Notes under the pieces: model-generated | What the model was told of the DNA's origin: nothing | Databases searched by the model: none | What the model saw: only the letters and a program-made list of their open reading frames with translations | Program-made: the position numbers and the translations under genes | Shown: positions 40,511 to 49,285 of the stretch, piece after piece | Layout: each line of letters begins with the position of its first letter | Position numbering within the stretch: the first letter of the stretch is position 1 | DNA from: Cyanobacteria bacterium auto_48_18 | Lineage (GTDB): Bacteria; Cyanobacteriota; Vampirovibrionia; Obscuribacterales; Obscuribacteraceae | Length of the DNA: 64,000 nt | Reading direction: 5' to 3' | Assembly (NCBI GenBank): GCA_036170915.1 | Contig: JAVHQC010000033.1 | Span: 256,001 to 320,000 of the forward strand

Positions 40511-41617
40511 TCAATGCTTCAGTATAGTCTCTTGATTGCCATGTTTGGCATTAGCGGAGTTAACTGATTTTTTAAAAGAGGCTTTGGCTGGCGTTTTGGG
40601 CAAAATTGTTTTGAAGTTTTGCACGGCCATTGAGGCTAGAAACATGCTGGCCCAGCCTAAGAGAAAGGTTAAAACAAGCATTATATTTTGTCGAATTTTT
40701 TTGCGGTCTCGCGCCAGCAGGCGATGCTCTATGGCCACTCCCTTGGTCAGCTTTTTCAGATCTGTGGCTAATTGCTGCATGGTCTGATAGCGATCTAACG
40801 GCTTTTTCTCCAGCGCTTTCATGATTATTGATTTCATCGCCGGCGCAACTTTGAAGCTGGCATCGATTTCTGGTGGTGGTTTATGTACGTGTTGATAGAG
40901 GATGTCCATAACTGTTGGTGCGGCAAAAGGCGGCTTGCCGGTTAAAGCAAAGTACATGACGCAACCAAGCGAATAAATGTCTGAGCGACAGTCTACGACT
41001 TCGGTAAGGGCTTGTTCTGGGCTCATATAAATTGGAGTACCCAACAGCGCGCCGTTGCGGGTTAAACCGTCTCCGGAGGGAGTGGCACCAGGGGCGGTGA
41101 TCACTTTGGCAATGCCGAAATCTACTATGTGTACAATTGTGCCACCATCTGAGCCATTGCGACTGAGCATGATATTGTCTGGCTTAAGGTCGCGGTGAAT
41201 GACGTTGCAGTCGTGGGCGTGACTCAATGCGGCGCTCACTTGCTGAAATATTGAGATTGCCTCAGCGGCTGGGAGCGGGCCATCTCTATTTACTTTTTGT
41301 TCCAGACTGATGCCTTCTAGAAATTCCATAACCAGATAAAGTGTATGGTTCTCACTGACGCCAAAATCAAAAGTCTGACAAATATTGGGATGCTTAAGCA
41401 GGCTTGCTGCCTTGGCTTCGACAATGAAGCGTTTACGCAACTGTTCGTCATGAGCACCTTCTGGGCGCATAACCTTGATGGCGCAAAGTTGTTTGGTAAA
41501 GCGATTTTCTACTTTGTAAATCGCACCCATTCCACCTGATCTGATTTTTCCTAAGACCGTGTATTGCTTAGGAAGCTCGTTATGCAGCGGATCAGGCTCT
41601 GTTATTTCAACTGCCAT
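40511..41617 (-). CDS. Hanks-type Ser/Thr protein kinase with C-terminal TM
   Basis: GGMGAIY, AIK, HRDLKPDN, DFG, GTPIYMSPEQ, SDIYSLG. Confidence 0.95.
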   Translation of the reverse strand: MAVEITEPDPLHNELPKQYTVLGKIRSGGMGAIYKVENRFTKQLCAIKVMRPEGAHDEQLRKRFIVEAKAASLLKHPNICQTFDFGVSENHTLYLVMEFLEGISLEQKVNRDGPLPAAEAISIFQQVSAALSHAHDCNVIHRDLKPDNIMLSRNGSDGGTIVHIVDFGIAKVITAPGATPSGDGLTRNGALLGTPIYMSPEQALTEVVDCRSDIYSLGCVMYFALTGKPPFAAPTVMDILYQHVHKPPPEIDASFKVAPAMKSIIMKALEKKPLDRYQTMQQLATDLKKLTKGVAIEHRLLARDRKKIRQNIMLVLTFLLGWASMFLASMAVQNFKTILPKTPAKASFKKSVNSANAKHGNQETILKH

Positions 41618-41620
41618 CGA

Positions 41621-42439
41621 TTATTTTATTTCCACAGAAGCTTTAGTGGCGCCTGCGGGAGAATCTGATTTTAGTGCGTCTGTAGTTGGTTTTATTTCTG
41701 TGTTGTTGGCAGCAGAAGCAGTCGATTCTGCGGTTTCATACTTTGCCAACTTACTGTCCACAGCGTCGGCCTCAGCATTCTTTTTCAATTTGCGTAAAAC
41801 TTTTGTGTAGGTCTTGAGCGTAGAGCGTTTTTGTTCATTGGCAAAGGCTTTGTTTTCTTCTACTAAAGTAGCTGACTGCTGTAAATAAGGCTCTGCACTG
41901 GAGTAATCGTCTTTCTTTAAGAAAAGATTGGAGAGATCCATTTTTGTTTTCAGTGTGTTGCGCGGATCGGCATTTTTTGCAGCTTGTGTAAATGCCACCA
42001 CGGTCTTCTGAAAGCCAATGGCATCATCAATTTTATTTTGCGCTACTTTTATATTAACCATGTGTTTAAGTGCAGGAATGCCATTGGCGCTGCCGGGGCC
42101 GTCGCGACGATTGACCACCTGTAAGACATAGGTGAAACATTTTTCGGCAGAGTCCCAATCTTTTTTTGCTTCGTACTTTATGCCCATGGCCAAGTATTGT
42201 TCAATTGCCTTATTCTGTTGCACAAGAGCCTGTTGAGCCTGCACTGCGGTCTCATAGGTGTTTCGCACTGCTGCGCCGTTATTGTGACTGGCGGCAAGAC
42301 CAGCTCCCAGGCCGGCTGCACCGGCCTGAACACCACCGTATTCCATAAAAGCTTGACCCTGAGCAGGCCGAGCAATCATATACGCTGCCACCATAGACAG
42401 AACAAGAGTGAAAGAGAATGTAGTAAGGTTTTTGGTCAT
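41621..42439 (-). CDS. Exported TPR-like protein
   Basis: Signal peptide from MTKNLTT, TPR-like helices; 3-bp gap to the kinase. Confidence 0.65.
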   Translation of the reverse strand: MTKNLTTFSFTLVLSMVAAYMIARPAQGQAFMEYGGVQAGAAGLGAGLAASHNNGAAVRNTYETAVQAQQALVQQNKAIEQYLAMGIKYEAKKDWDSAEKCFTYVLQVVNRRDGPGSANGIPALKHMVNIKVAQNKIDDAIGFQKTVVAFTQAAKNADPRNTLKTKMDLSNLFLKKDDYSSAEPYLQQSATLVEENKAFANEQKRSTLKTYTKVLRKLKKNAEADAVDSKLAKYETAESTASAANNTEIKPTTDALKSDSPAGATKASVEIK

Positions 42440-42620
42440 TGAAGCAGCACCCGAAATTAAGGGATCACACACCTTATTCCACGCCAGCTCAACAGGTAAC
42501 AGAGCGATTCTGCACCTGCTTGTCTGATTAACCGTAAACGCCCTCACTTCAAGGGTTTTCGGTCATCTGTGGATAAGAGAATTGTATGCTTTTATGAACG
42601 AGAGGCAATCAATGCCTTAA

Positions 42621-43337
42621 TTAAGGTGGAATCAAATTGTCTTTGCCGGCCTTGTGCAAAAATTCGGCAAATTCTTTTTTGTAATCAAAACGATTGTCTT
42701 TATCAGTGGGTTGAAATTCTGCCACCAGATATTCAGTGTAATATTTGGGGTCTGTACTAAGAACAGTAAGCGTACCGTTTTTATCGAAGTTTCGAGTTTC
42801 GCTAATTACGCCTTCAACCGTATTGTTTGGACCTGGTGTAAGTGTGTGAATTTCTTCCCATTGCATTACATCAACAATGACATCGCCTGCCTTTTTTGCT
42901 GCCACCATGGTACCGCCAAGCCGCAAAATTACTTTGCTTCTCGTCAGAAGCAGCGGTTCGCATTTCGTCAAGATGGTGTGTGAAACCAGGTCACCCCTGT
43001 CGATGTCATAAAATATGGGCTCGCGACTGGCTTCCCAGATGTGGCCGTCGGCATCAAACTGCCTTCCCCGTTCTCGGCTCCGAACATTTTTGACTACGCC
43101 AGCATTACTTCTTATTTCACTACGTTGTCGTGTGCCTGCCAACCAGACCGGAATTCGGTACCAGTTGGTGATGCGATTGGCAATTTTTGACCGATCGTAA
43201 ACGGCACCCGGGCGCAGTGAAGGTGCGACAGCTTCAATTTGTGTCACTCCTCCTTGCAGTGTGTCGGCCCAGGCTGAAGCACTTGAGCTGAGCATGACCA
43301 CAAGCGTGAATAAAAACGCCGGGGCACGATTGAGCAT
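42621..43337 (-). CDS. Exported hypothetical protein, WYxIPxW family paralog C
   Basis: WYRIPVWLAG, RGRQFDADGHIW, DYKKEFAEFL...NLIP; signal peptide. Confidence 0.8.
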   Translation of the reverse strand: MLNRAPAFLFTLVVMLSSSASAWADTLQGGVTQIEAVAPSLRPGAVYDRSKIANRITNWYRIPVWLAGTRQRSEIRSNAGVVKNVRSRERGRQFDADGHIWEASREPIFYDIDRGDLVSHTILTKCEPLLLTRSKVILRLGGTMVAAKKAGDVIVDVMQWEEIHTLTPGPNNTVEGVISETRNFDKNGTLTVLSTDPKYYTEYLVAEFQPTDKDNRFDYKKEFAEFLHKAGKDNLIPP

Positions 43338-43355
43338 TTGAACAACTGCTATCAG

Positions 43356-45611
43356 TTAGTTATCGCCTTGGACAGGGCTACTTGATACTAATTTAACAGC
43401 TGGCCGCCTGTAAAACATGCCTCTAACCACAAGAATTACGAGCGGTAATACTCCGGCCATAACAAAAGTAATATCGCCTGCCACCCGCAGCCAGGTAAGT
43501 AGTTGAAAAATTTCTGAATGGATAAAATCGTAACTGCGAGCATACCAGAACCCGTGTTCGTAGCTGGCAATCATCTGCATCACACCCGCAGGGAAAATGT
43601 TGAGCACAATCATCAACATCAGGCCGACATTTAAACCCCAGAAAGATATTCCAGCTAGCCTGTTGCTCCAGGCATTGTCAGTCATCAAATAGCGTGTGCT
43701 GAATAAAATCGCCGCCACGGCGAGCATGCCGTAAACTCCCATGAGGGCTGCGTGACCGTGGTTAGAAGTTAAGTATGTAGCGTGCTCGTAATAGCTGACG
43801 ATAGGCGTGTTAATTAAGAAACCAAATATTCCAGCACCAAGGAAATTCCAGAAACCGACGGCAATTAAAAACATCATGGCCCAATAATGCGAGAAGTTTT
43901 TAATTGATCCATCTACCTTGGCCAGCTCGACAAATTTCCAAGCTTCCATTGTTAGCAGTGTCAGTGGCACTACTTCTAAGGCTGAGACCATAGATCCGAG
44001 TGCCATATTTATAGCCGGCTGCGCTGTCCAGTAATAGTGGTGCCCAATGCCGACAATACCGCTGCCCAGATACAAGATAATGTCTATGTAAATAACCGAT
44101 AGGGCTGATTTTTCGGAAACCATACCAAGGCTGCAAAAGAAGTAAGCCACAATAATGGTTGTATACAATTCAAAGATGCCTTCCACCCAGAGATGCACCA
44201 CCCACCATCTCCAGAAATCGGCTACGGCAAAATTGGTACCAGGATGATACATCATGCCGAAACTGAAAAATAAAGGAATGGCCATCACACCGTAAAGCAG
44301 CATATAGGGCAGGCTGCCATGGTCTTTGCCTTTGAGAAGTGGGCTGATGCTGCGAAAAACGATGAAAGCCCAAAGCACCATACCTAGTGTCAGCAGTGCC
44401 TGCCAGAAACGACCCAGTTCAAGATATTCCCAACCTTGATGCCCGAACCAGAACCAGAGGTTGCCCAGCATGTTTTTAACACCGAGCCACTCTCCGCCAA
44501 TGCTTCCAACCGCCACAATTAAGATGGCAACAAATAAAATTTTGACTAGCCAGTGCTGTCCTTTCGGTTCGTTCTTCGAAAGCATCGGAGCCATAAACAT
44601 TCCGGCAGCAAGCCAGGCCGTAGCAATCCAGAAGATTGAAAGCTGTATATGCCAGCTGCGCGTGACGCTATAAGGCAAAATGCTGCGAATATCGAAACCA
44701 TAAAAACCTTGTTCAACAATATAGTGCGCCGTCACTATGCCGAAGATTGTCTGAAATAGAAAAAGCAATACTACTACTGTGAAGTACGGGTAGAGTGATG
44801 TCTGCGACCGCAACGGTTGATAACTTTTGACATTGTCCACCATGCCTTTGCCATCAGGCATCCAGCCTAATCCAGGAAATGCGCTGAGCAAAAATTGCGT
44901 CAAACCAATGCCACCAAGGAGCATTATCAAACTCATGGCGCTCCAGAAAAATATATGCCAATTAGGGCCGTTGCCTACCAGCCGATCTGGTGGCCAATTA
45001 TTTGTAAATGTGTAGTCTTTGCCTGGTCTTTCAGTAACGCAAACCCAGGCACCCCAGGCAAAGAAACGACTCAGTTGCAAGCGTTCAGTGGCATCGGCAA
45101 TATAATTGGCCGGCAGTGGCAATTTTCGCCCGACACCAAATTCGGTATCATAGTAAGGAATTAGTTGGCTATAAGCGAACGACTGATTTTCTGTCAAAGT
45201 CAAAGTTTTGGTGGCCGGGTCAAAGCGGTTGACTTTGAGCTCTTTCTGCAAAGTACTGTCTAAATTGCCTTTATCACCGGTTTCCAGAGCGGAGTACGCT
45301 TTGTGATATTTTTTTTGAGCCATATTCTCGAGAGCAAGCTCGCCTGATTTATGCAGATATTCTGCCGAAAAATCAGGCCCGTTATAAGCGCCGTGACCGA
45401 AAAACGACCCCACATCCATGAGGCCATATTTTTGAAAAACAGCCTGGCCGGCCATGATGTCGCTGCCTTTGAAAAGCAGGTCTCCGCTGCTATTAACAAT
45501 ACGGTCTGGGATCGGAGGTGCTTGGTCACTGACCTCGTGTCCCATAAATATGAGGGTGGAAAAACCCGCGATCAATACAAAAAGTACTGCTAGCTTCCAT
45601 CTCCAGGACAT
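43356..45611 (-). CDS. norZ: Quinol-dependent nitric oxide reductase (qNOR)
   Basis: 751 aa; GHGAY.GPDFSAEYLH, TNNWP, AHY, RSWHIQ, WWVVHLWVEG, GHHYYW, SALEVVPL, HGHAAL; GGAGG RBS. Confidence 0.93.
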   Translation of the reverse strand: MSWRWKLAVLFVLIAGFSTLIFMGHEVSDQAPPIPDRIVNSSGDLLFKGSDIMAGQAVFQKYGLMDVGSFFGHGAYNGPDFSAEYLHKSGELALENMAQKKYHKAYSALETGDKGNLDSTLQKELKVNRFDPATKTLTLTENQSFAYSQLIPYYDTEFGVGRKLPLPANYIADATERLQLSRFFAWGAWVCVTERPGKDYTFTNNWPPDRLVGNGPNWHIFFWSAMSLIMLLGGIGLTQFLLSAFPGLGWMPDGKGMVDNVKSYQPLRSQTSLYPYFTVVVLLFLFQTIFGIVTAHYIVEQGFYGFDIRSILPYSVTRSWHIQLSIFWIATAWLAAGMFMAPMLSKNEPKGQHWLVKILFVAILIVAVGSIGGEWLGVKNMLGNLWFWFGHQGWEYLELGRFWQALLTLGMVLWAFIVFRSISPLLKGKDHGSLPYMLLYGVMAIPLFFSFGMMYHPGTNFAVADFWRWWVVHLWVEGIFELYTTIIVAYFFCSLGMVSEKSALSVIYIDIILYLGSGIVGIGHHYYWTAQPAINMALGSMVSALEVVPLTLLTMEAWKFVELAKVDGSIKNFSHYWAMMFLIAVGFWNFLGAGIFGFLINTPIVSYYEHATYLTSNHGHAALMGVYGMLAVAAILFSTRYLMTDNAWSNRLAGISFWGLNVGLMLMIVLNIFPAGVMQMIASYEHGFWYARSYDFIHSEIFQLLTWLRVAGDITFVMAGVLPLVILVVRGMFYRRPAVKLVSSSPVQGDN

Positions 45612-45714
45612 AAGCCCTCCAGTGAACGTTAAGCGCTATTTGGCCCAGCCATGCTAGCAGGTAGCATCTCAGAGATGGGGCTCATATGTGTGGTTCTGAA
45701 CAGATATGCTTTCT

Positions 45715-46443
45715 TTAGACCATTTGCAATTCTTTTGCTCTGGCCTTGGGAAAAAGTAGAGTATTTTCTTTATGAATGTGCGTGCGCAGATCTTGGTCAA
45801 GATGAGCTAGCCCGGCTGCAAGAGCTTGCCAGCTTTGGCAGGCAAAGTCGGGAGTTGTATATTGATCAGTCAATTCACGCATTTGCATTAAGGCAAGGCC
45901 GGCATCATTGTGCTCTGCTTCTAGCTTGTGAATTGGACTGGCAACGAGACTTGTTTTTGTTTTGCATGCACCGGACAACGGTTGTTTTTTGCTCTCAAGT
46001 TGACGGATGAATGGAAATAGCACCGCTTCTTCATTTTCTGTATGTAGTCGAATCGCTTGACTCATGTCTGCAAAAATCGCTGCTACTTTCAGCAGCCGCG
46101 GCTCTTTCTGCCCGTGTACTCTGGCAACTTTTTCGGCCAGTGCTTCCAGGCGCGGAAGCTCAGCTTTTAAGTAAACATGATGAGTGTTTTCAATGTGATC
46201 GACAAGATCGCTGAGCGATGCGTTGAGCCAGTTTTCGCTGCTATCTGTATCTGAAGCCGTGCGATCAGCGTTTTCAATGTCTGCGATCACGAGCTGAATG
46301 TCGTGAGCTGTTGCCAGGCAGGCAGCTTCAAGAGTCTGCTTACCCCCGCAACAGAAGTCTATGCCGTACCGGTCGAAAACTGCTGCCCGCAGTGGTTGCT
46401 CGGCAACGAGCATACCAACTGATGCCTGGCTAAAATTGTTCAT
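45715..46443 (-). CDS. ric: Iron-sulfur cluster repair di-iron protein (RIC/YtfE/ScdA)
   Basis: GIDFCCGG, THHVYLK, H...EE.VLFP, EAEH, HIHKEN. Confidence 0.93.
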   Translation of the reverse strand: MNNFSQASVGMLVAEQPLRAAVFDRYGIDFCCGGKQTLEAACLATAHDIQLVIADIENADRTASDTDSSENWLNASLSDLVDHIENTHHVYLKAELPRLEALAEKVARVHGQKEPRLLKVAAIFADMSQAIRLHTENEEAVLFPFIRQLESKKQPLSGACKTKTSLVASPIHKLEAEHNDAGLALMQMRELTDQYTTPDFACQSWQALAAGLAHLDQDLRTHIHKENTLLFPKARAKELQMV

Positions 46444-46463
46444 GATTCTCCTTGCCGTCTGAC

Positions 46464-46664
46464 TTAGGTTTTGCTGACTAGATTGGTTGCTTCAGGCAGG
46501 CTGACGCAAGAGCAGCTTTGAAAATATTCTTTGGCTGCAGAGCAGTCGGGGCACTGCCAGTCTTCGGCGATATCTTCAAATTTGGTTCCAGCCTCAATGC
46601 CGGAAGCTGCGAGTCCTTTTTCTTCTTCAAGGATGTAATTGCACTGTGTGCATATAAATTTCAT
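46464..46664 (-). CDS. Rubredoxin with extra C-terminal CSC
   Basis: CTQC and WQCPDC pairs, GTKFED motif; 66 aa. Confidence 0.88.
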   Translation of the reverse strand: MKFICTQCNYILEEEKGLAASGIEAGTKFEDIAEDWQCPDCSAAKEYFQSCSCVSLPEATNLVSKT

Positions 46665-46684
46665 GGCTAAACCCCTATTTAAGT

Positions 46685-46778
46685 CAAATGTACCGTTTTA
46701 TCCATAATAGCACTTGGCCAGGCCTTGTCAATCTCAAGAGTGCCATTCTGTGGTATTTTGTATAAAAAGGTAAAGTTG
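46685..46778. promoter_or_regulatory. Pair of inverted 17-bp boxes, candidate Rrf2 operators
   Basis: ATAAAACGGTACATTTG (minus, 46685-46701) vs ATAAAAAGGTAAAGTTG (plus, 46762-46778), 14/17 identical, each 17-20 bp before a divergent start codon. Confidence 0.55.
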
Positions 46779-46795
46779 TACGCTATAGGATTTGC

Positions 46796-47236
46796 ATGAT
46801 TTCTCAAACCGCTGAATATGCATTACGGGCAATGGTGTTTCTTGCCATGCAAAAATCGGCGGCAACTGGTCAGGCAATCGCTGAGACCACTAAAGTACCG
46901 CCCGGCTATTTAAGTAAAATTATGCAGCAGCTGGTTAAGGGAAAATTGGTCAATTCACAACGCGGCATTGGTGGAGGATTTGTTTTATCAAAGGATGCAC
47001 ATGAGATTTCAATTTTAGATGTGATCAATTCTGTCGACCCCATTGAGCCAATTAAATCATGCCCCCTTGGTCTTCAATCGCACGGATTCAACCTCTGTCC
47101 TCTACACAAACGTCTTTCTGCAGCTACAGCACAAGTGGAAGAAGCTTTTGCCAATTCAAATTTGAGCGAACTTGTGGAAGAATCAACAAGCCCACTTTGT
47201 GCATCTGTTCCACTGACGGAAGGCGAGGATAAATAA
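46796..47236 (+). CDS. Rrf2 family transcriptional regulator
   Basis: AEYALRA, YLSKI, SQRGIGGGF, CPLG...CPLH plus a distal Cys; divergent from the NO genes. Confidence 0.92.
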   Translation: MISQTAEYALRAMVFLAMQKSAATGQAIAETTKVPPGYLSKIMQQLVKGKLVNSQRGIGGGFVLSKDAHEISILDVINSVDPIEPIKSCPLGLQSHGFNLCPLHKRLSAATAQVEEAFANSNLSELVEESTSPLCASVPLTEGEDK

Positions 47237-47241
47237 CTGCA

Positions 47242-47931
47242 TTGAAACGCTTGTGTTTGCTGATGGCTTTTTGCATGGCCGCTCCGGCCGCGCAGGCAGA
47301 GCCGTTTCGACTGAGAGCAGAACTGCACGAAGGTTCTAAATACGACGAGCGTAATTTGCCGTCGGACAAAATTGAGAAGTGGTACAAAATTCCACCATGG
47401 TTTGCCGGCACGAAAATAAGAAAGAAAATCAATATCAAACCGGGTGTTTCGGTTCGCAATGAACGGGAGCGCACGCGCGGTAAACAACTCGATGCCAAAG
47501 GCAGTATTTGGGAAGCGCAACGACAAGTACGCTATGACATCGACCGTGGCGAAACTGTAGAGCATGTGGTGCTATTGACCGAAGAGCCCGTTGAAATCAG
47601 CAATCAAAGCGTGCTCATGCACTACATCGGTCTGCGCATTATCGAGAAGAAAGACAATCACCGTATTGTAGAAACTCAGCAAAACGATGAGAAGCATTTG
47701 TTCACGCCTTTGCCTGAAGGGGCCATTAAGGGCGAGAACAAGAGCGGCGATGTTTTTGACGCTGATGGATTTAAGCTCTTCAAAATTCCACCAGGCACTT
47801 CTTACGTCGAGCGTCGAGTCTCTGATTTTGAAGTTGTGGATCAAGACGACAAATACAACTATCGCAGCAGCTTTATTGAATTTTTGAAAGAGCAGGGTTG
47901 GGATAATTTGATTCCCAAGCGGGTAAGGTAG
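47242..47931 (+). CDS. Exported hypothetical protein, WYxIPxW family paralog D
   Basis: WYKIPPWFAG, RGKQLDAKGSIW, NYRSSFIEFL...NLIP; signal peptide; 5 bp after the rrf2 stop. Confidence 0.8.
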   Translation: MKRLCLLMAFCMAAPAAQAEPFRLRAELHEGSKYDERNLPSDKIEKWYKIPPWFAGTKIRKKINIKPGVSVRNERERTRGKQLDAKGSIWEAQRQVRYDIDRGETVEHVVLLTEEPVEISNQSVLMHYIGLRIIEKKDNHRIVETQQNDEKHLFTPLPEGAIKGENKSGDVFDADGFKLFKIPPGTSYVERRVSDFEVVDQDDKYNYRSSFIEFLKEQGWDNLIPKRVR

Positions 47932-48068
47932 TTCGTATATTTCATTGTTCTTGTTTGAGTGGCTGCTCGTGGGTAGCTCAATTCCACTTTAAACCACCAT
48001 ATTAAACGGCCATTTAAATGAAAACAGAGAATCCCTACTGCCCGTTTTTCCCGCTGGATCCGATAGCG

Positions 48069-48227
48069 CTAACTGCAGTGAATGATGCGGCAACTCTTTA
48101 CCCAATTAAGGGCCTGTGTCAGGGACCTAAATTGATGTTCTTCATACCATGATTGATAAGCATAAATTGCGGCAGCAATAAGCCAAGCTGAACACAAAAC
48201 CAATGCAATGCTTTTTAGATGGTTCAT
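48069..48227 (-). CDS. Possible 52-aa single-TM protein (below the ORF-track cutoff)
   Basis: MNHLKSIALVLCSAWLIAAAIYAYQSWYEEHQFRSLTQALNWVKSCRIIHCS*, translated by hand. Confidence 0.4.
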   Translation of the reverse strand: MNHLKSIALVLCSAWLIAAAIYAYQSWYEEHQFRSLTQALNWVKSCRIIHCS

Positions 48228-48254
48228 ATTAACTACCTGGTGTCACGTCGGCAT

Positions 48255-48480
48255 CTAATCCCACAAGGCCTTAATCGTGGCTGCCTGACGCTTAAGAGCG
48301 CGTTCTTTGGCTGCCTGGAAGGCGCTACTGCTGGCCGAAACAGGGTAGATTTTCAAGCCAGCCCACTCCATCGGTAGAGATTTCCAGGTCGGTATTGTCA
48401 TCGATCTTTAACAGATCTAAAAGGGCTTTCTCTAGTGAAATAGCCCTCCCGTTGCCGTGTTTGACTATTCGCTTAATCAT
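48255..48480 (-). pseudogene. Frameshifted AbrB/MazE-type antitoxin (Doc-partner-like)
   Basis: GGAGG RBS; MIKRIVKHGNGRAISLEKALLDLLKIDDNTDLEISTDG; removing one of two tandem AGCC copies (48356-48363) gives a 73-aa ORF ending AFQAAKERALKRQAATIKALWD. Confidence 0.75.
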
Positions 48481-48976
48481 TTTAGCTACCTCCCGCACCT
48501 GAAATCATCTTATCAGCCTTTGATCAGCGCTATCGATACCGCTATTGTCTGGAATATAGCTGAGAAAAAGTGCTCAAAAGAGTTTTAGAGTATCTGAAAG
48601 GAATCACGCGAGAAAGGCGTTGCGGTGCTCTGTTTCTCCAGAGCGAACTCAGTTTTGATTTCGCCTGCGGATATTTCCAACGAAACTCAGGAGCGAGAAT
48701 GGTTAAGCTAGCACCGGATGTGGTGCTTCGCCGTTTTGCGTAAGCGAAGCGGGCAGTCCGCTTTTCGTGGTTCATCCCACATGCTATGTCATAGTTGAGG
48801 CTATAACCTAACCATTAAAGGGCTTAGATGCGCTCGTGACCCGAGGCCAGCTTCGTGATCATGAAAACGCTATTGAAAATTTCGCCTAGACTTAGACGCC
48901 AGGGTCGATCGCACCCTGCTAAAAACCCAGCATAGAAAACGATTCAGAAATTTGAGGTAGATTTTACCCCAGAAAA

Positions 48977-49258
48977 TTAAACCCCTGTTTTGCTGCGGCG
49001 CTGCTCGCTGACGTACTTAGTGAGCAGCTGTCTAACAAAGGGTTGATAGCCGAGGCCGGATTCTTTGGCCATGGTTTTCAGTTCTTCGACGAGGGTTTTT
49101 TGCAGCCTAATAGTAATAGGCTGTAGGCCGAGGGCGTCGTCAATTGCGGCATCGATCACGGCACCGACAGGGCGCGCATGAGCTTCCGACTGGCCAAGCG
49201 TGCCGTTTTCCCAGAGTTCTGAATCGTCGACTATTTGCCTTTTTAGTAGTTTTTTCAT
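48977..49258 (-). CDS. CopG/BrnA-like ribbon-helix-helix antitoxin
   Basis: LQPITIRLQKTLVEELKTMAKESGLGYQPFVRQLL; directly downstream of a BrnT-like gene. Confidence 0.8.
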   Translation of the reverse strand: MKKLLKRQIVDDSELWENGTLGQSEAHARPVGAVIDAAIDDALGLQPITIRLQKTLVEELKTMAKESGLGYQPFVRQLLTKYVSEQRRSKTGV

Positions 49259-49285
49259 TACTTCCCCGGTGTTATTTTTCTAGAG

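Noticed and set aside
43356..45611. NO dismutase (Nod) rather than qNOR
   Set aside because: Canonical residues appear present: HLWVEG, the HH pair, SALE and quinol-site AHY..E and R..GD. The substitutions expected in Nod are not seen.
48029..48044. att-like copy of the tRNA-His 3' end (AATCCCTACTGCCC)
   Set aside because: Short gapped match in the opposite orientation to the tRNA; not a direct repeat.
48542..48775. 77-aa ORF or oriT-like hairpin (GCTTCGC/GCGAAGC)
   Set aside because: No protein motif, only a 7-bp stem, and no relaxase gene nearby.
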